A DNA stretch of 64,000 nt from Octopus sinensis (GCF_006345805.1 NC_043006.1:10168001-10232000); one strand, 5' to 3'. Counted from the stretch's first letter, positions 1 through 13,640 are shown. Numbers and translations: made by a program. The notes: generated from the letters alone by a model not told the origin.

Positions 1-39
1 TGTTCCTCTTAATACTATTATTGTTTTGTTTTTTTATTC

Positions 40-409
40 TTTTACTTGTTTCAGTCATTTGCCTGCGGCCATGCTGGAGCACCGCCTTTAGTCGAGCAAA
101 TCGACCCCAGGACTTATTCTTTGTAAGCCCAGTATTTATTCTATCGGTCTCTTTTGCCGAAACGCTTGTTGTCAAGCGATGTTGGGGTGGGGGACAAACA
201 CAGACACACAAACACACACACACTCATATATATATATACATATATACGACAGGCTTCTTTCAGTTTCCGTCTACCAAATCTACTCACAAGGCATTGGTCG
301 GCCCGGGGCTATAGCAGAAGACACTTGCCCAAGATGCCACGCAGTGGGACTGAACCCGCAACCATGTGGTTGGTTAGCAAGCTACTTACCACACAGCCAC
401 TCCTGCGCC
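40..409 (-). mobile_element. tRNA-derived SINE, family A (CORE-like; resembles octopus OR-type SINEs), near full length
   Basis: Reverse strand reads GGCGCAGGAGTGGCTGTGTGGTAAG...GGTTCAGTCCCACTGCGTGGCATCTTGGGCAAGTG (A/B-box-like head, CORE-like motif), internal TA/TG tract, tail AATGACTGAAACAAGTAAAAG. Many homologous copies occur in the window. The family name is from memory, not from a search. Confidence 0.9.
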
Positions 410-1570
410 TTTTTTTATTTTATTTTTAAAGGCTTTTCAATATCATGTTTATAGTTGTATTCCATATTGGAACACATTTTATTCTTTTCATTTTGCTAAA
501 TTTCTAAAGCACTGCAAGTTGCGTCGTTTCGTATACAAATACGCTTATGTAAAAAAATGCAATCGAAGATAGAACATATAGGTAACCGGTGTGTATGTAT
601 ATTTCAAGTTTTACTGCTCTTTCATCAACACCAAATAAAACACATCAAATATCCACAATCACATTACTTAAATGCCCACAATGTTTAACGATGTAACACA
701 AGTGGATAGCACAATATACAAACGAAACACATTCCTGACGACTGGTAACTACATATTAATAGCTGCCAAAGACAAATATTTTACTTAGCAACCCGACTAT
801 ACTACCGAGTATATTAAAGATGGACAACTGAACATTCACGTACCTTTTGGTACCAGTCCGGTGTGTTCACTTTCCAGTTAATCTAGTCACGATGTTTCGT
901 AAACGAATACGTTTATGCAGACAATGTCATCGAAGTAGAAAACGTAAGTAAATGTGTGTACAGTTATATCAATATTTTATATCTCTCGATTTATAAATCT
1001 CCTCTCAATAACTTTCCATAATATTATACACTGCAAACATATCTTCCTCATATTCACCCTATCTCCATTTTTTACATAGCTGCTTCTCTTGTATATACTA
1101 CGCTAAATCATGGTTCACGAAGCTCCACCAAGTCAAGAAAACAATTTGCCATTGTATATAGAGACATAATAAACCGATATAAATACAAGCAAATAAAAGC
1201 AAGCAAACCAGAAAATTCGAAGTCACCGTCAACCTTTTCTTTGTAGAAGTTAATGTATAAGTGTTATAATAAAAAGTATTGTCTAATCCTTCAGTTTAAT
1301 CTCCAATTGTAATTATACATAACACATATATCTCTATCTATCTATCTCTATGCACACACACACAAACACACAGACTCACACAGACTCACACACACTCACA
1401 CACACATATACGCGATTACAACTAGTTTTCACTCTACGAGATCAGCGACTGTGTGTCACTTTAAACATATATACTGTGAGCAAGAGCAAGTGGCTGCTAT
1501 CTCAAGCCAACGGTTTTCTTGTACCGAGGAAGGAAAATCACCCTGAATCCATTGGTTTGCGTGCATCGTG

Positions 1571-1912
1571 ACGGCTAGAAAAGGAGCAATAGACTCCCTT
1601 ACTCAAAGTATACAGACACAGAATATGTGTCAGTGGCAAGCTGGTAAAGATGTTTTCCTGGGGCTAAAATGTAGTAATATTGTCCTGCGTAGCTTTGGAA
1701 AGTGGCGTTGGCAAATATTTTTTACTGCTTGGAACTGTTATAATATATTTCTAGCTCAGAGATTTAAAACTAGTATTCTCTTTACGAAATCAGTAACTGT
1801 GTGCCGATTTTAAAAGTATATATTTCGTGCGTGAGTGAGTGAGTGTTATCACTAGCCGGCGATCTATATGTATTGCTACGGCTAGAAAGGGAGCAATAGA
1901 CTCCCTTGCTCA
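1571..1912 (+). repeat. Pair of 35-bp direct repeats 307 bp apart, each with a small GGAG...CTCC hairpin
   Basis: ACGGCTAGAAAAGGAGCAATAGACTCCCTTACTCA (1571-1605) versus ACGGCTAGAAAGGGAGCAATAGACTCCCTTGCTCA (1878-1912); 33 of 35 identical. Confidence 0.85.
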
Positions 1913-2594
1913 TGTTAAATGGTCACAAACCATATTTCGGTAGCCAAATTGTGTGTGTATTTATGCGTATGTGTGTGTTTCTTATAATCAGGTATTTAGT
2001 AGTTTACCGACTGAAATAGAAATTTGTTAAAATGTGAAAATTGGGAAGTGCAACAGGATTCAAATGCGCAAAAGTATGCGTAAATACATACCATTCGATT
2101 TGGAATTATTTTGCAATTTCCGAACTGAAAAATAAAATTTACCAGAATCGTAATGACCGAAATTCCAAGCATAACATTTGTAAAAATATAGAATACATTT
2201 CAGGGAAAAGAAATTATTAAGTTGTTGATTGAGTGAATTGCATACACTGAAACTCTATTTTAAATTTCTTCCACCTTATCTTCAACTATCGCAACGATCT
2301 ATGTTCTTGATATAGAAATATAAACGTATATGTTTAGTAATAAACATATGCTTATCGGTAACTTGAAGCTATCTGTCATTCTATACATCATTAATTGTTC
2401 CAATATCATTCGCCCTACCAACAGATTTACTAACCGCCTGTAAGTGGAGTACCCCTCTCTTACTCCCTTTCTCTCTCTTAATTTCTCTCAATGTCTCTGT
2501 CTTTCTTTTTCTGTACGTTTGTGTTGTGTGTGGGTGTGCGTCTATATCTCTATCTTTCTTTCTATCCATCTATCAATGTCCGTAGTTATATCTT

Positions 2595-3007
2595 TTATCT
2601 TTCACTTGTTTCAGTCATTTGATTGCGGGTAGTGCTTATATCTTTTAAAACACCTGGTAATTGTTGTATAGCTCACTTTTCCGAACCGCTAGCTTACGAG
2701 AACGTAAATGCATATTTTTTTTTATTACCCACAAACACAGAGGGGACAAACAAGGACAAGCATAGGTATTAAGTCGATTACATCGACCCAAGTGCGTAGC
2801 TGGTACTGAATTTATCGACCCCGAAAGGATGAAAGGCAAAGTCGACCTCGGCGGAATAAGAACTCAGAACGCAGCGGCGGACGAAATACCACTAAGCATT
2901 TCGCCTGACATGCTAACGTTTCTGCCAGCTCACAGCAAAGATTGTCATGCGTTGTTGTTGTAGTTGTTGTTGTTGGTGGTGGGAGACAGACACAGAGAAA
3001 CACACGG

Positions 3008-3053
<46 letters not shown>

Positions 3054-3210
3054 GATGTGCTTCTTTCAATCTCCGTCCACCAAATCCACTCACATGGTTT
3101 TGGTTGGCCCCCAGACAATAGGAAGTCACTTGCCTAAGTTGCTACGCAGTAGGATCGAACTCTGAGAACTGTGATTGAGAAACAAGTTTCTTACAACAGG
3201 GTCACGCCTA
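2595..3210 (-). mobile_element. Decayed family A SINE interrupted by a family B SINE
   Basis: Family A tail at 2600-2630, body at 2678-2712 and 5' half at 2935-3210 flank a family B copy. Confidence 0.75.
2715..2931 (-). mobile_element. SINE family B nested in a family A SINE
   Basis: Reverse strand GAGCTGGCAGAAACGTTAGC...CCGCCGAGGTCGACTTTGCCTTTCATCCTTTCGGGGTCGATAAATT; homologous to 62146-62514. Confidence 0.85.
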
Positions 3211-3884
3211 TCTCTATATTATCTACCTGCATATATACCCTGCCTCAGTTTTATGTAACCTGCTTACATGGAATGTCCACCTGTCTGTCTTTTCATCCAT
3301 AAATCAATGTATTTATACATGTATCTATCTACACTACTTATATAAAGGACATGCATCAGTTTATCTTACTCATTATCAATGTATTGATGTATCGAATGTA
3401 TGTACCAAAAGGTTAGCCACGAATATATTTATCTCAAATGCCCTACATCAGTTCCTACGTTTTCGTAGCTACGTATAATAACATTAGAAGGAAAAGCTGC
3501 GACAACATTGCAAGCAATCTTAGTTGCACAAACACACAGCACATAAACACACTCACGTATACATATATACACACATGCACACAGAAACGCACATACATAA
3601 TATATATACATACATACATACATGCATGCACGAATCCCAATGAGCAAACGGTCGTGTAAACATACACAAATCTCGTCTTTTCAAGAAGCACATTAAACCC
3701 GAGAATACAAATTATAAATCATTCGAATGAAGAGGGGGAACATGATAGAGATGTATGGTGTTACACACTCAATGATCTGACAGGCGAATTCCTTTTGTGC
3801 TAGCTCTACAGATTATCAGTCAGTATATCATTATAATTTATCAACCATTTGTATCTACACATCCGCCTAGCTCTCAGTGTCTAT

Positions 3885-3886
3885 AC

Positions 3887-3954
<68 letters not shown>

Positions 3955-3969
3955 ATCTATCTATCTATC

Positions 3970-4027
<58 letters not shown>

Positions 4028-4040
4028 TATATATATATCT
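3885..4040. repeat. (TATC)n plus (TA)n microsatellite
   Basis: Read directly from the sequence. Confidence 0.97.
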
Positions 4041-4045
4041 TTTTC

Positions 4046-4269
4046 TCTTTTACTCTTTTACTTCTTTCAGTCATTTGACAGCGGCCATGCTGGAGCACCG
4101 CCTTTAATCGAGCAACTCGACCCCGGGACTTATTCTTTTGTAAGCCCAGTACTTATTCTATCGGTCTCTTTTGCGGAACCGCTAGGTAACGGGGACATAA
4201 ACACACCAGCCTCGGTTGTCAAGCAATGCTAGGGGGACAAACACAGACACACAAACACACACACGCATG

Positions 4270-4340
<71 letters not shown>

Positions 4341-4514
4341 ATATATATATATACGACAAGCTCTTTCAGTTTCCGTCTACCAAATCCACTCACAAGGCTT
4401 TGGTTGGCCCGAGGCTAGGTAGAAGACACTTGCCCAAGGTGCCACGCAGTGGGACTGAACCCGGAACCATGTGGTTGGTAAACAAGCTATTTACCACACA
4501 GCCACTCCTCCGCC
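4046..4514 (-). mobile_element. Family A SINE, full length, with expanded internal (TA)n
   Basis: Head ending GCCACTCCTCCGCC on +, CORE-like motif and tail all present. Shares the diagnostic segment TTAATCGAGCAACTCGACCCCGGGA with the copies at 13410 and 39405. Confidence 0.92.
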
Positions 4515-4530
4515 TATGTATATGTATATG

Positions 4531-4596
<66 letters not shown>

Positions 4597-4919
4597 CTAC
4601 CTATCTACGTACCTACCTACCTATCTATCAATCTATCTATCTATCTATCTATCTATCAATCTATCTACATCTATATCTATCTAACCCTCTCCCTATATAT
4701 ATATATTCATCCATCTACTAATTGATATGTCTGTTTACTAGCGCTGTCATGTACAGTAATTAACGTATTCAGAAAAATGCATGAATTGATGAATTATATA
4801 TGTGCTTGTATGTCGAGGGAAGAGATGGAGAGGAGAGTGAGAGACACAAACAGACACACACTCACAAATACATATATACTTATATCTATATCTACCTCTA
4901 TCTGTATATTATAATAATG

Positions 4920-4947
<28 letters not shown>

Positions 4948-4950
<3 letters not shown>

Positions 4951-5289
4951 CGTGTCTCTAAAAGAAATGGAGAAACTCTCAAAATACAAAGACCTGGAAA
5001 TAGAGGTAACTAGAATGTGGAACCTGAAAACAGAAACAATTCCTATCATAATAGGTGCATTAGGCATGATAAAAAAATATTCAGACAAATACATAACAAA
5101 GACACCAGGACTTACAAACACATATAACATACAGAAAATTGCACTACTAGGCACTGCACACGTCCTACGCAGAACACTTTCCATACAATAACCATCAGAG
5201 CATCACAACAAATCACAGCACATACCCAAGGCACACAGAGCTGCGCTCGGTAGTGAAGTGAAAGCACGCTATAAAAATAAAACTACTGA
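4948..5289 (+). mobile_element. 5'-truncated RLE-type non-LTR retrotransposon (R4/Dong-like): ORF C-terminus plus 3' UTR in a (TAA)n tract
   Basis: Uninterrupted frame KEMEKLSKYKDLEIEVTRMWNLKTETIPIIIGALGMIKK...IQKIALLGTAHVLRRTLSIQ* carries the KY.DL / PI.IGALG / LLGTAH.LR motifs of restriction-like-endonuclease LINE C-termini. TAA repeats lie on both sides. Confidence 0.85.
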
Positions 5290-5371
5290 ATAATAATAAT
5301 AATAATAATAATAATGATGATGATAATAATATTAGTAGTAATTATAATAAAAATTATAATAATAATAATAA

Positions 5372-5810
5372 TGCACCCTGATACAGTACCGGACAATAGC
5401 TGTTATGGCTTCTGATCTTAACTGATTGGAGGTTTTTTCGTCTAGAATATTTTGTCTAGGTGGTCTACAACAAATTTTCTGCTCAATACCAAAGATATTC
5501 TTGTCAGTTGTTTGATGTTAACCTTTGAGCATGTCCATTTGTGGCTGGTGATGTGTGCATCTCTAGTCACGAGCTGTAGAAGTGGGGTAGCATCATAACC
5601 ATGTGCCGAAAGGAATTCTTTGGGGCTTGGATAATCCACCTTTGGAAACATCGGTCTTTCGTTCAACATTCTTGGACTACCCTTATTCAGGGAACTTTTG
5701 AGCAGGATGGGCCACCAGACCTGACAAAAATTCTAACTGGGCCCCAGCTGCAAGTTCATGCGCTGGTTATCTAGATATGAGATCCCTATGTCGCGCACAT
5801 ATGGAGTGAA
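5372..5810. mobile_element. Unclassified interspersed-repeat-like segment abutting the (TAA)n tract
   Basis: GC-richer block that starts exactly at the end of the TAA run. It is single-copy in this window; the repeat call rests on context and recollection of octopus repeats. Confidence 0.4.
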
Positions 5811-6119
5811 AGAGACAATTATCATTAGAGATGCCGGATGGCGACTGGCGGTGGAAGGAAGATTGGAAGTAAATATCAGTGTTACGCAGGAGTTAGGAAA
5901 TGAAAAGAAATTATTGCATTTAATTTTATTTTAAAGTAATAAATATTGATAAAAAAAAAGTCGTGTTCATTCCATCACTTTACTATAAGCGCAAAGTGTA
6001 GTAAGAAGTTTCCCTCCCAATCACATTGTTCCCTCTTCAGTCTTCTATTATAGCTCATCCAACCAAAGCCTTCAGAGTATATTTGGCTTACGGAGAATTA
6101 AATAACGAAGCTTGTCGTA

Positions 6120-6345
6120 TACATAGGTGTGTTTCTTCGTCCACTTACCGCTTGGTAGCTGGTGTTGTTTGTTTACGTCCCTGTAACTTATCAGTTCGCC
6201 AAATAAAGTTATAAGAATATAAGACGTCGATAGAATAAGTACAAAATTAAAAAAAAAAATAATAAGCATTGGGTTAGAATTCTTCGACTAAACGCTTTGA
6301 AGTTGCAACCCCATCATGGACACAGATCAAGGATTGAAACAAGTG
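6120..6345 (+). mobile_element. Highly decayed family A SINE 3' half
   Basis: GTTTACGTCCCTGTAACTTA, CGATAGAATAAGTAC and a tail resembling TGAAACAAGT are recognisable. Confidence 0.6.
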
Positions 6346-6914
6346 AAATGAAAAGAAGTTAAAGGTTATGTTCCTTAATAATCTTATCTCCAGTAAACGG
6401 CTCTCCGACATTTAACAATAACGTGTCTAACCACACATAACCTTTCCCTGAGAGATATCAACCCTATATAACGATGTTAAATCACTCTCTCTCTCTCTTT
6501 CTCTCTCTCTCTCCCCCTCTCTCACTCTCCCTCTATGTACTTTATATCGATATAACTATAAACATAATTTTGGAGAGCGCCTTGAGTAACTCGTGTCTCA
6601 AAATGCTGGTTGGCTGCATATTCTATTATCACTAGATGAACCACATGGCAAAAAAGTAATAATATTTAATTAATTATTTTAATTATTGTTTTTTAAGCAT
6701 GTCTCCAATGTTTCGCGTATCAATATTTTATTTTTTCTGGAGACTGCTTATTTTATTCTTGTCTTGGCCTTCATTTCTTCCTCCAATTTTACCCTCCTCT
6801 AATCTGCCTGTAATAACGTCTCCATCGTCATATTACAGTTATTGCTCTGTGAATTGCATTACATTATTTCACTTAGGGTTGCTACTCAAAGTTTTGCAAT
6901 AACTTTTTTTCTAT

Positions 6915-7285
6915 TTTCATTTCTTTCATCATCTTCCCACCGTTTCTTTCACCATTGTTACCGTTATCATCATCATCCTCAGCTTCATTTTCATTCTCTT
7001 TCTCTACTTCCTCCTCCTCCTCCTCATCATGTTTCTCGCCGTCGTCACATTCAACCTCATCCTAATTATATCCTTATAATTATCATCTTCCTCGTCGTCT
7101 TCAGCAGCAGCATCATCATAATCATCATTATAGTTTTCGCCTGCACCCATGTCCTCTGTCCCCTCATCCTCATCACAATCCTCATCACAATCAGCATCAC
7201 CATATGCATCACCACCACCACCACCACCATCTTCATCATCATTATTATAATGATTGTCGCCGTCGTCGCCATCGTCGCAATAGTC
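6915..7285. repeat. Compound trinucleotide low-complexity tract (CAT/CAC/TCC/CGT)
   Basis: Read directly. It accounts for the His/Ile/Thr-rich pseudo-ORF 6842-7375. Confidence 0.9.
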
Positions 7286-8334
7286 TCTCCATTATACACA
7301 TTATTGTATACACTTTCTTCATTTTTTTCTTTTAAACTTAATTACATTTCTTCCTTGTTTGTTTTTGTATTCTAAGGTTTATGTTTGAATTTGTGTTTGT
7401 TTGACGGTGTTTTTGTTTTTAATTATTCTATAGTTTATTGTCTGCCAAGTGTTAACTTCTTTAACAAAAAAAAAGACTTCTCGAATGTTCTCTACATGAA
7501 GTCATTATTTTGAGTGTTATTTATGAACTATAGGTGAATCTCTAAACGAATTATTATCGATAAAGAACTTCAGTTTAGCATTGCCTGGAGAATAATCTAA
7601 TTAAGATAATAAAAATAGCTAACAAATAAAATTCATTACCGAAGGAAATTAACACACGGAGTAATAACATTCCAAATAAATTCCAAAGAAAATGTATCAT
7701 GTTGTGTTACCAATAGCTAATTCCTACATCAATAACAAAATTATCCAAATTATTGAACTTGACATTTAAAATGGTCAAAAACATGGCATGATATACACAA
7801 GCAGAGCTAGTCTTCATTGTAAGAGGACTTTCCAATATTTAATTTTTCAATAATTTTCTTCAAAACAGTGCTTAACCTAATAGAATTATTAAGTACAAAA
7901 TTACATATTTCAAGTAATTATTTTATGTATACAAATGTTGATTGTAAAGGATTAGATTAACGCCATTCCGGTTGTAACAACGACCTTTTGAAAGATGAAT
8001 TTATATCTTTGATGTTGAGTCCTTATGAAAATTTTCAGTGCTCGATATTGTAAAGCTTTGCAATTACCGATTTATAGCATTAATATTTAGGCTCTCAGTT
8101 GGTCGAAATAACAACACCTTAGTGAAAGTAACGGATGCTTTACTACTAACTTTTCTTCTTTCGTTTAAAACTCAGTGCTTCCATGTTTAAGGAAAACCTA
8201 ATACAGTTAATAATAAAAACTGATGAAATACCTTTAAATATTGTGCTCGGCACGCAATTTATTTTGCCGCTTCGCCAGCTTAAAAATAATTATAACAATC
8301 CTTTCTGATATAGGTAGGAAGTATAAAATTTTGG

Positions 8335-8490
8335 CGGGGTGGGAGCAAGTTGATAGGCTAGTTGATGACGTCGATCCCAGTGCTTTACTGGTACTTATTT
8401 CATGGAGCCCCGAAAAGATGAAAGGCAAAGTCGACCTCGGCGGAATTTGAACTCAGAACATAAAGATAGACGAAATACCACTAACCATTA
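8335..8490 (-). mobile_element. Decayed family B SINE fragment
   Basis: GATGAAAGGCAAAGTCGACCTCGGCGGAATTTGAACTCAGAAC on the + strand. Confidence 0.8.
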
Positions 8491-9224
8491 TTATCATACA
8501 CGACAAACAATCTAATATCTCGGCGCTTTACGACTACTACTACTACTATTACAACAACAGCTACTACTACTACTAATACTACTACTACTAATAATAATAA
8601 TAATAATAACAATAATAATAATAATGATAACAATTACAACAAGGACAACAAGAAAAGAATTTTTCGCTTTTGCATTTCGTGGCGTTCAAAAGTTGAGCGA
8701 GATTAAAGCTGCCAGGTTTTAGAGACTAGCACAGGTGCATACATAATTATATTAATGCTATACTACAATTGAAATCGTATCACTTGTTTCTCTCTAGAGA
8801 TATTGCTTCTTTATATTACTACGTAAAAAAAAAAAAGATTCTTGAGTCACATCTCTGTTGTTTGCGTCAATGTAATTATAAACTTGATCCCACTGATATT
8901 TCCATTGTACACTATATCGATTCTCCGAGGAGAAAATGATAGATCTTAGAGAACTGCGAGAGACATTCAAACTTCAGACCATTAGGATGCAAAACTACAA
9001 GCTGAAATGAAAGCTTTCGGGATTACAAACCACGAAGTTTACTTACCTTTCCCCTTTATGTCAATTAAAGATCGTTGATAAATGTCTAATATTTATTTCA
9101 GAGACGAACGTCTCATGATGTAAAAAAAAACAAAAGAAAAAAGAAGATACATGCACCAACACGAATGTCTGACGTTTGATGTTGGAATGGGAAACCTTTC
9201 AGGGCAACGTAATGGATTGTTGAT

Positions 9225-9352
9225 ATATATATATAATATATATGTGTGTGCGTGTGTGTGTGTGTGTATGTATGTGTGCGTATATGTATATGTATGTAAA
9301 TATATACATACATACAAATACACTTGTGTGTGTTACACATACGTATTATATA

Positions 9353-9422
<70 letters not shown>

Positions 9423-9423
9423 A

Positions 9424-9462
<39 letters not shown>

Positions 9463-9501
9463 TATATATGTATATATATATACACACATATGTATATATG
9501 C

Positions 9502-9544
<43 letters not shown>

Positions 9545-9570
9545 CGCGTGTGTGTGTGTTTGTGTGTGTA
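9225..9570. repeat. Compound (TA)n/(TG)n microsatellite
   Basis: Read directly; source of several spurious YIYI ORFs. Confidence 0.97.
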
Positions 9571-10077
9571 TACATATCTGTGAGTTTGTCCACGTGTATC
9601 TATGCAGAAATACGCAAAAGAGAAACAAATAATTGCCGATTATACTATGTCTTGTTTAAGATTTTATGTAATTTAGCTTCTACACATAAAAAAATGTCGA
9701 CAGATTACCCGAGAAATATCCAAGCTTTGGCATTGATGTGCTCTCGCTGGAGTTACAGTGTGTGTATATAGATCATGCTATAATTTTCTACTTACTAATT
9801 ACTGTCGCTGTACATGTAGCCTTTCTGAATATATGGTGACTGCATATAACTAATATCACCTTCATGAAATGTGCAATGGACCCCCATTTTTGCATGTTGT
9901 ACAATAACCAACCACAGCAACGTTGCCATCCAACACACAAATGTGGAATCTAAAATGAATGACATTCAAAATCTACTTCCACGTAATTTTTAAACTAGGA
10001 AGTTTCGTCGTGCCAGTTCTTTATACCAGGCCCTACATACGGCATTTAAAAATAGTCACATATATATATGCATATAC

Positions 10078-10443
10078 TCTTTTACGTGTTTCAGTCATGT
10101 GACTGCCACCATGCTGGAGCACCACCTTTAGTCGAGCAAATCGACCCTAGGACTTATTCTTTGCACCCTAGTACTTATTCGACTGGTCTCTTAGGCCGAA
10201 ACGCTAAGTTACGGGGACGTAAATACACCAGCATCGGTGGTCAAGCGATGTTGGGGGGAAAAACACACACGCACACACATATATATATATACGACGAGCT
10301 TCTTTCAGTTTCCGTCTACCAAATCCACTCACAAGGCTTTGGTCGGCCCGAGGTTATAGTAGAAGTCACTTGTCCAAGCTGCCACACAGAGGGACTGAAC
10401 CCAGAATCACGTGGTTGGTAAGCAAGCTACTTTCCACACAGCC
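10078..10443 (-). mobile_element. Family A SINE, near full length
   Basis: Tail, body, CORE-like motif and head are all recognisable. Confidence 0.88.
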
Positions 10444-10509
10444 TATATGTATGCAAAGCTATTAATGTCATTTATATATTAAGACTATCAATTTACCAAG
10501 AGCAAACTC

Positions 10510-10908
10510 TTAGGAAGATTGACGAAAGGGGGCTTGTTTCCCCAGGGAAACGTTCCAACACACAATTCCTTCGTTTTAGTAACTGTTGTGAGAACGTAGC
10601 CTCGAACCGTTTGATCATCTTCCCTATTCTCCTGATTTGGTCTCATCTGACTATCTTCTGATCCCCAATAGGAAAAAAGAAACATTGGGCCGAGAACCTG
10701 CATCACAGTGATGATAACGTAATATCTGTTGTTGGTTACTTTTGTGACCAACAGAATTAAAGCTTAACCAATAGGATCCAAACACTTCGATACCGAGGAC
10801 AGAAATATGCGGTCCGCAAAGGGGACTATGTTAAAAAATAAACCTCATTTCATCGCATTCCGTGAGTATAACTTGGTCTAGCATTGAACATTTCATCTAA
10901 CCGTCGTA
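10510..10908 (+). mobile_element. Mariner transposase 3' remnant with decayed right TIR
   Basis: Translates HLPYSPDLVSSDYLLIPN (mariner YSPDL motif) and KYAVRKGDYVKK*. Ends TTGAACATTTCATCTAACCGTCG-TA, resembling a mariner terminus plus TA target. Confidence 0.75.
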
Positions 10909-11009
10909 ATATTCATATTAAAAATAATTTTATTCTCTAAAGTATTGAGTAATGCTTCAGTTTAAGGTAAAATTATTTTCGTTATGATATAAAAACAAAC
11001 AACATTATA

Positions 11010-11443
11010 TATATGTGTGGGGTGGGTGTATGTGTGTGTGTATTTGTGTGTGTGTGTTCGTGTGTGTATATGTTTGTGTGTGTGAGTTATGCATATGAGT
11101 GTGAGTGTGTGCATGCGTGTGTGAGTGTGTGCGTGTGCGTATATGTTTGTGTGTGAGTTATGCATATGAGTGTGAGTGTGTGCGTGCGTGTGTGAGTGTG
11201 TGCGTGTGTGTATATGTTTGTGTGTGTGTGTTATGCATATGAGTGTGTGCATGCGTGTGTGAGTGTGTGCGTGTGTGTATATGTTTGTGTGTGTGAGTTA
11301 TGCATATGAGTGTGTGCATGCGTGTGTGAGTGTGTGCGTGTGTGTATATGTTTGTGTGTGTGAGTTATGCATATGTGTGTGAGTGTGTGCATGCGTATGT
11401 GAAGTGTGTGTGTGTGTGTGTGCGTGTGTGTGTGTGTGTGTGT
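11010..11443. repeat. Minisatellite built from TG-rich units (about 58-70 bp, about 6 copies) anchored on GAGTTATGCATATG
   Basis: The anchor TTATGCATATG recurs near 11087, 11158, 11231, 11298 and 11365. Confidence 0.9.
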
Positions 11444-13296
11444 TAAACACATACCGGGAATTTATCGATATTATGTGAATGTCTTCCATCACAGAGTATA
11501 AATGTCTTTATAATCTTTTCTTGCAATCAAATCAATAGATTACTTCCGTGATTACAAGAGCAGTCATAAATTTCCGACACTTAAATATATGCTATGCTTA
11601 AGATTATGAACAGATAGTTCTTCTAATTTTTATAACATACAAATTTATTATATACATGTGCGAGTGTGTGTGCGTTTGTGAAGTCTTTTTGTTTATTTTT
11701 CTCTGTTTGATGTTGGACGGGTGTATGTGTTAGTATCTATATGTTTTTGTGTATTTGTGTGTATAATCCATATTTGAGGAATGAAAGATTTTTTTTCTTC
11801 TGTTAGGGAAAAGAGTATATAATTTCCTGCTGGAAAATTACATAAATTGCAATTTGTCAACTTCACTTTCAATATGAAGACGACTATTATTAAATATTCC
11901 GCCAAGGCGAATCATCGGAGCGGCAAGGCAAGAACAGTTTGAATGATATGTTGTCACCAGAATATACTATATTTGTTTATATATATATATATAGTGTGTA
12001 AATATGTTATTTTAATACTCACTTTAACTGACAGGGTCTGTTTGGCGGGTGATAGAGGGTAGGTAGTAACGGAAAATTGCCACTTCAAATCGCTGGTGAT
12101 TCCCGATCAATATTTTCTGGCACGTGCAAATGTTGAATAAAGATAGATTTAGAGTACAAGTGACTGAGCCAAATACATATTAGCCCATTTCACAGTCCTA
12201 AAATACCTTGGCTTCAGATCATGGAAATATTAGATTTTTTTTGTGTGTTTTTAGTACATCTAACTGTTAATGGGAGAGTTTATCGTGTATATTTGGAGTG
12301 CAACTTAAGATTCTCTTTATAGATAATATCAAAATATTTTATACCATTTTGGCTTAAAACCAGTTTTTGAAGCATCGTACAGTCAGTTGAATAGTTGTCA
12401 ATATCTCATAGATAATCGTTTAATTCATTTGAAAGATTTCGCAATCTTTTTTCACTAAAATATTATCGTTAAACAAACGTTAAGAGACAAAAGTATATAT
12501 TGAGTGTGACCACCACAATTGTTCCATTATGATTCAACAACAAAACGAATTGGAAACAACTTTAAAATTAACTGTAATGAATATCTCATATTATAACGAA
12601 CGAAAAAATATTTATTCAGGATGATGTGCAGCTGTTTCTAGGATATTTATTAATTATATCTCTTTATCGCAGACGGTGTGAGAGGATAGTTAAATCATAC
12701 TTAGTTTAGATGTGATATAAAATGGAGAGTGAGGTGGAGGAAAGAAAATAGATGCAAGATATGTATGGGTATTGAAGTTGTAAATCCATTTTAGAGTTAT
12801 TTTCGCAATTTATCCGGTAGAACATTTAAAGAAGTAAACAGCATTTTCCTAAACAATAGATCAACTTAATTCAGTTAGTGACTTATTCAGGAATATACCA
12901 ACACTAGCGCCGCTGAGGATAATATTCTCTGGGAACGCACAAAACCCCTTTGCAGGATTATTTACTTTCAATTGTTATTGTCTCATATTTGATTAGCCTG
13001 TTATTACGTAAAATGCTTCGCGATTGCGATGTACAGAACTTCTTAGTATTTCCTCATAAGTTCTATAGACTCTGGGAACGCATTGAAGCCCTTTTCTGGG
13101 GTACTTTATTTGAATTCTTACTATCGGGTAACAAATTTCATGTTATTACTTATATCTTGGAGGAATCTAAAACGTACGTTTTAAATTCTTTCCAAATATC
13201 ACTATCTGGTTTCACTTCATTATGAAAACCTGTGTGTGTATTACAATATACTATATATACAGTACAAACACACATACACACACACATCACACATTT

Positions 13297-13336
<40 letters not shown>

Positions 13337-13409
13337 CATATACATATGTGTATGCTTATATATACATATACATATATATATATAAATATATATACATACA
13401 TATGTATAT

Positions 13410-13640
13410 TCTCTTTTACTCTTTTACTCTTTTACTTGTTTCAGTCATTTGACTGCGGCCATGCTGGGGCACCGCCCTTAATCGAGCAACTCGACCCCGG
13501 GACTTATTCTTTTGTAAGCCCAGTACTTATTCTATCGGTCTCTTTTGCCGAACCGCTAAGTAACGGGGACATAAACACACCAGCATCGGTTGTCAAGCAA
13601 TGCCAGGGGAACAAACACAGACACACAAACACACACACAC
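13410..13640 (-). mobile_element. Family A SINE 3' half (young subfamily)
   Basis: Nearly identical to the 3' halves of the copies at 4046 and 39405; the head is missing beyond the microsatellite. Confidence 0.9.

Noticed and set aside
21-454. Recurrent ORFs such as FQSFDCGHAGAPPL...SVSFAEPL
   Set aside because: These are reading frames of family A SINE copies and recur wherever the SINE does.
9047-9085. RSLIDIKGKG resemblance to the nucleotide-cyclase KGKG motif
   Set aside because: Only 12 codons, a weak acceptor, an in-frame stop just upstream and no other cyclase exon found. Kept only as an anonymous micro-exon candidate.
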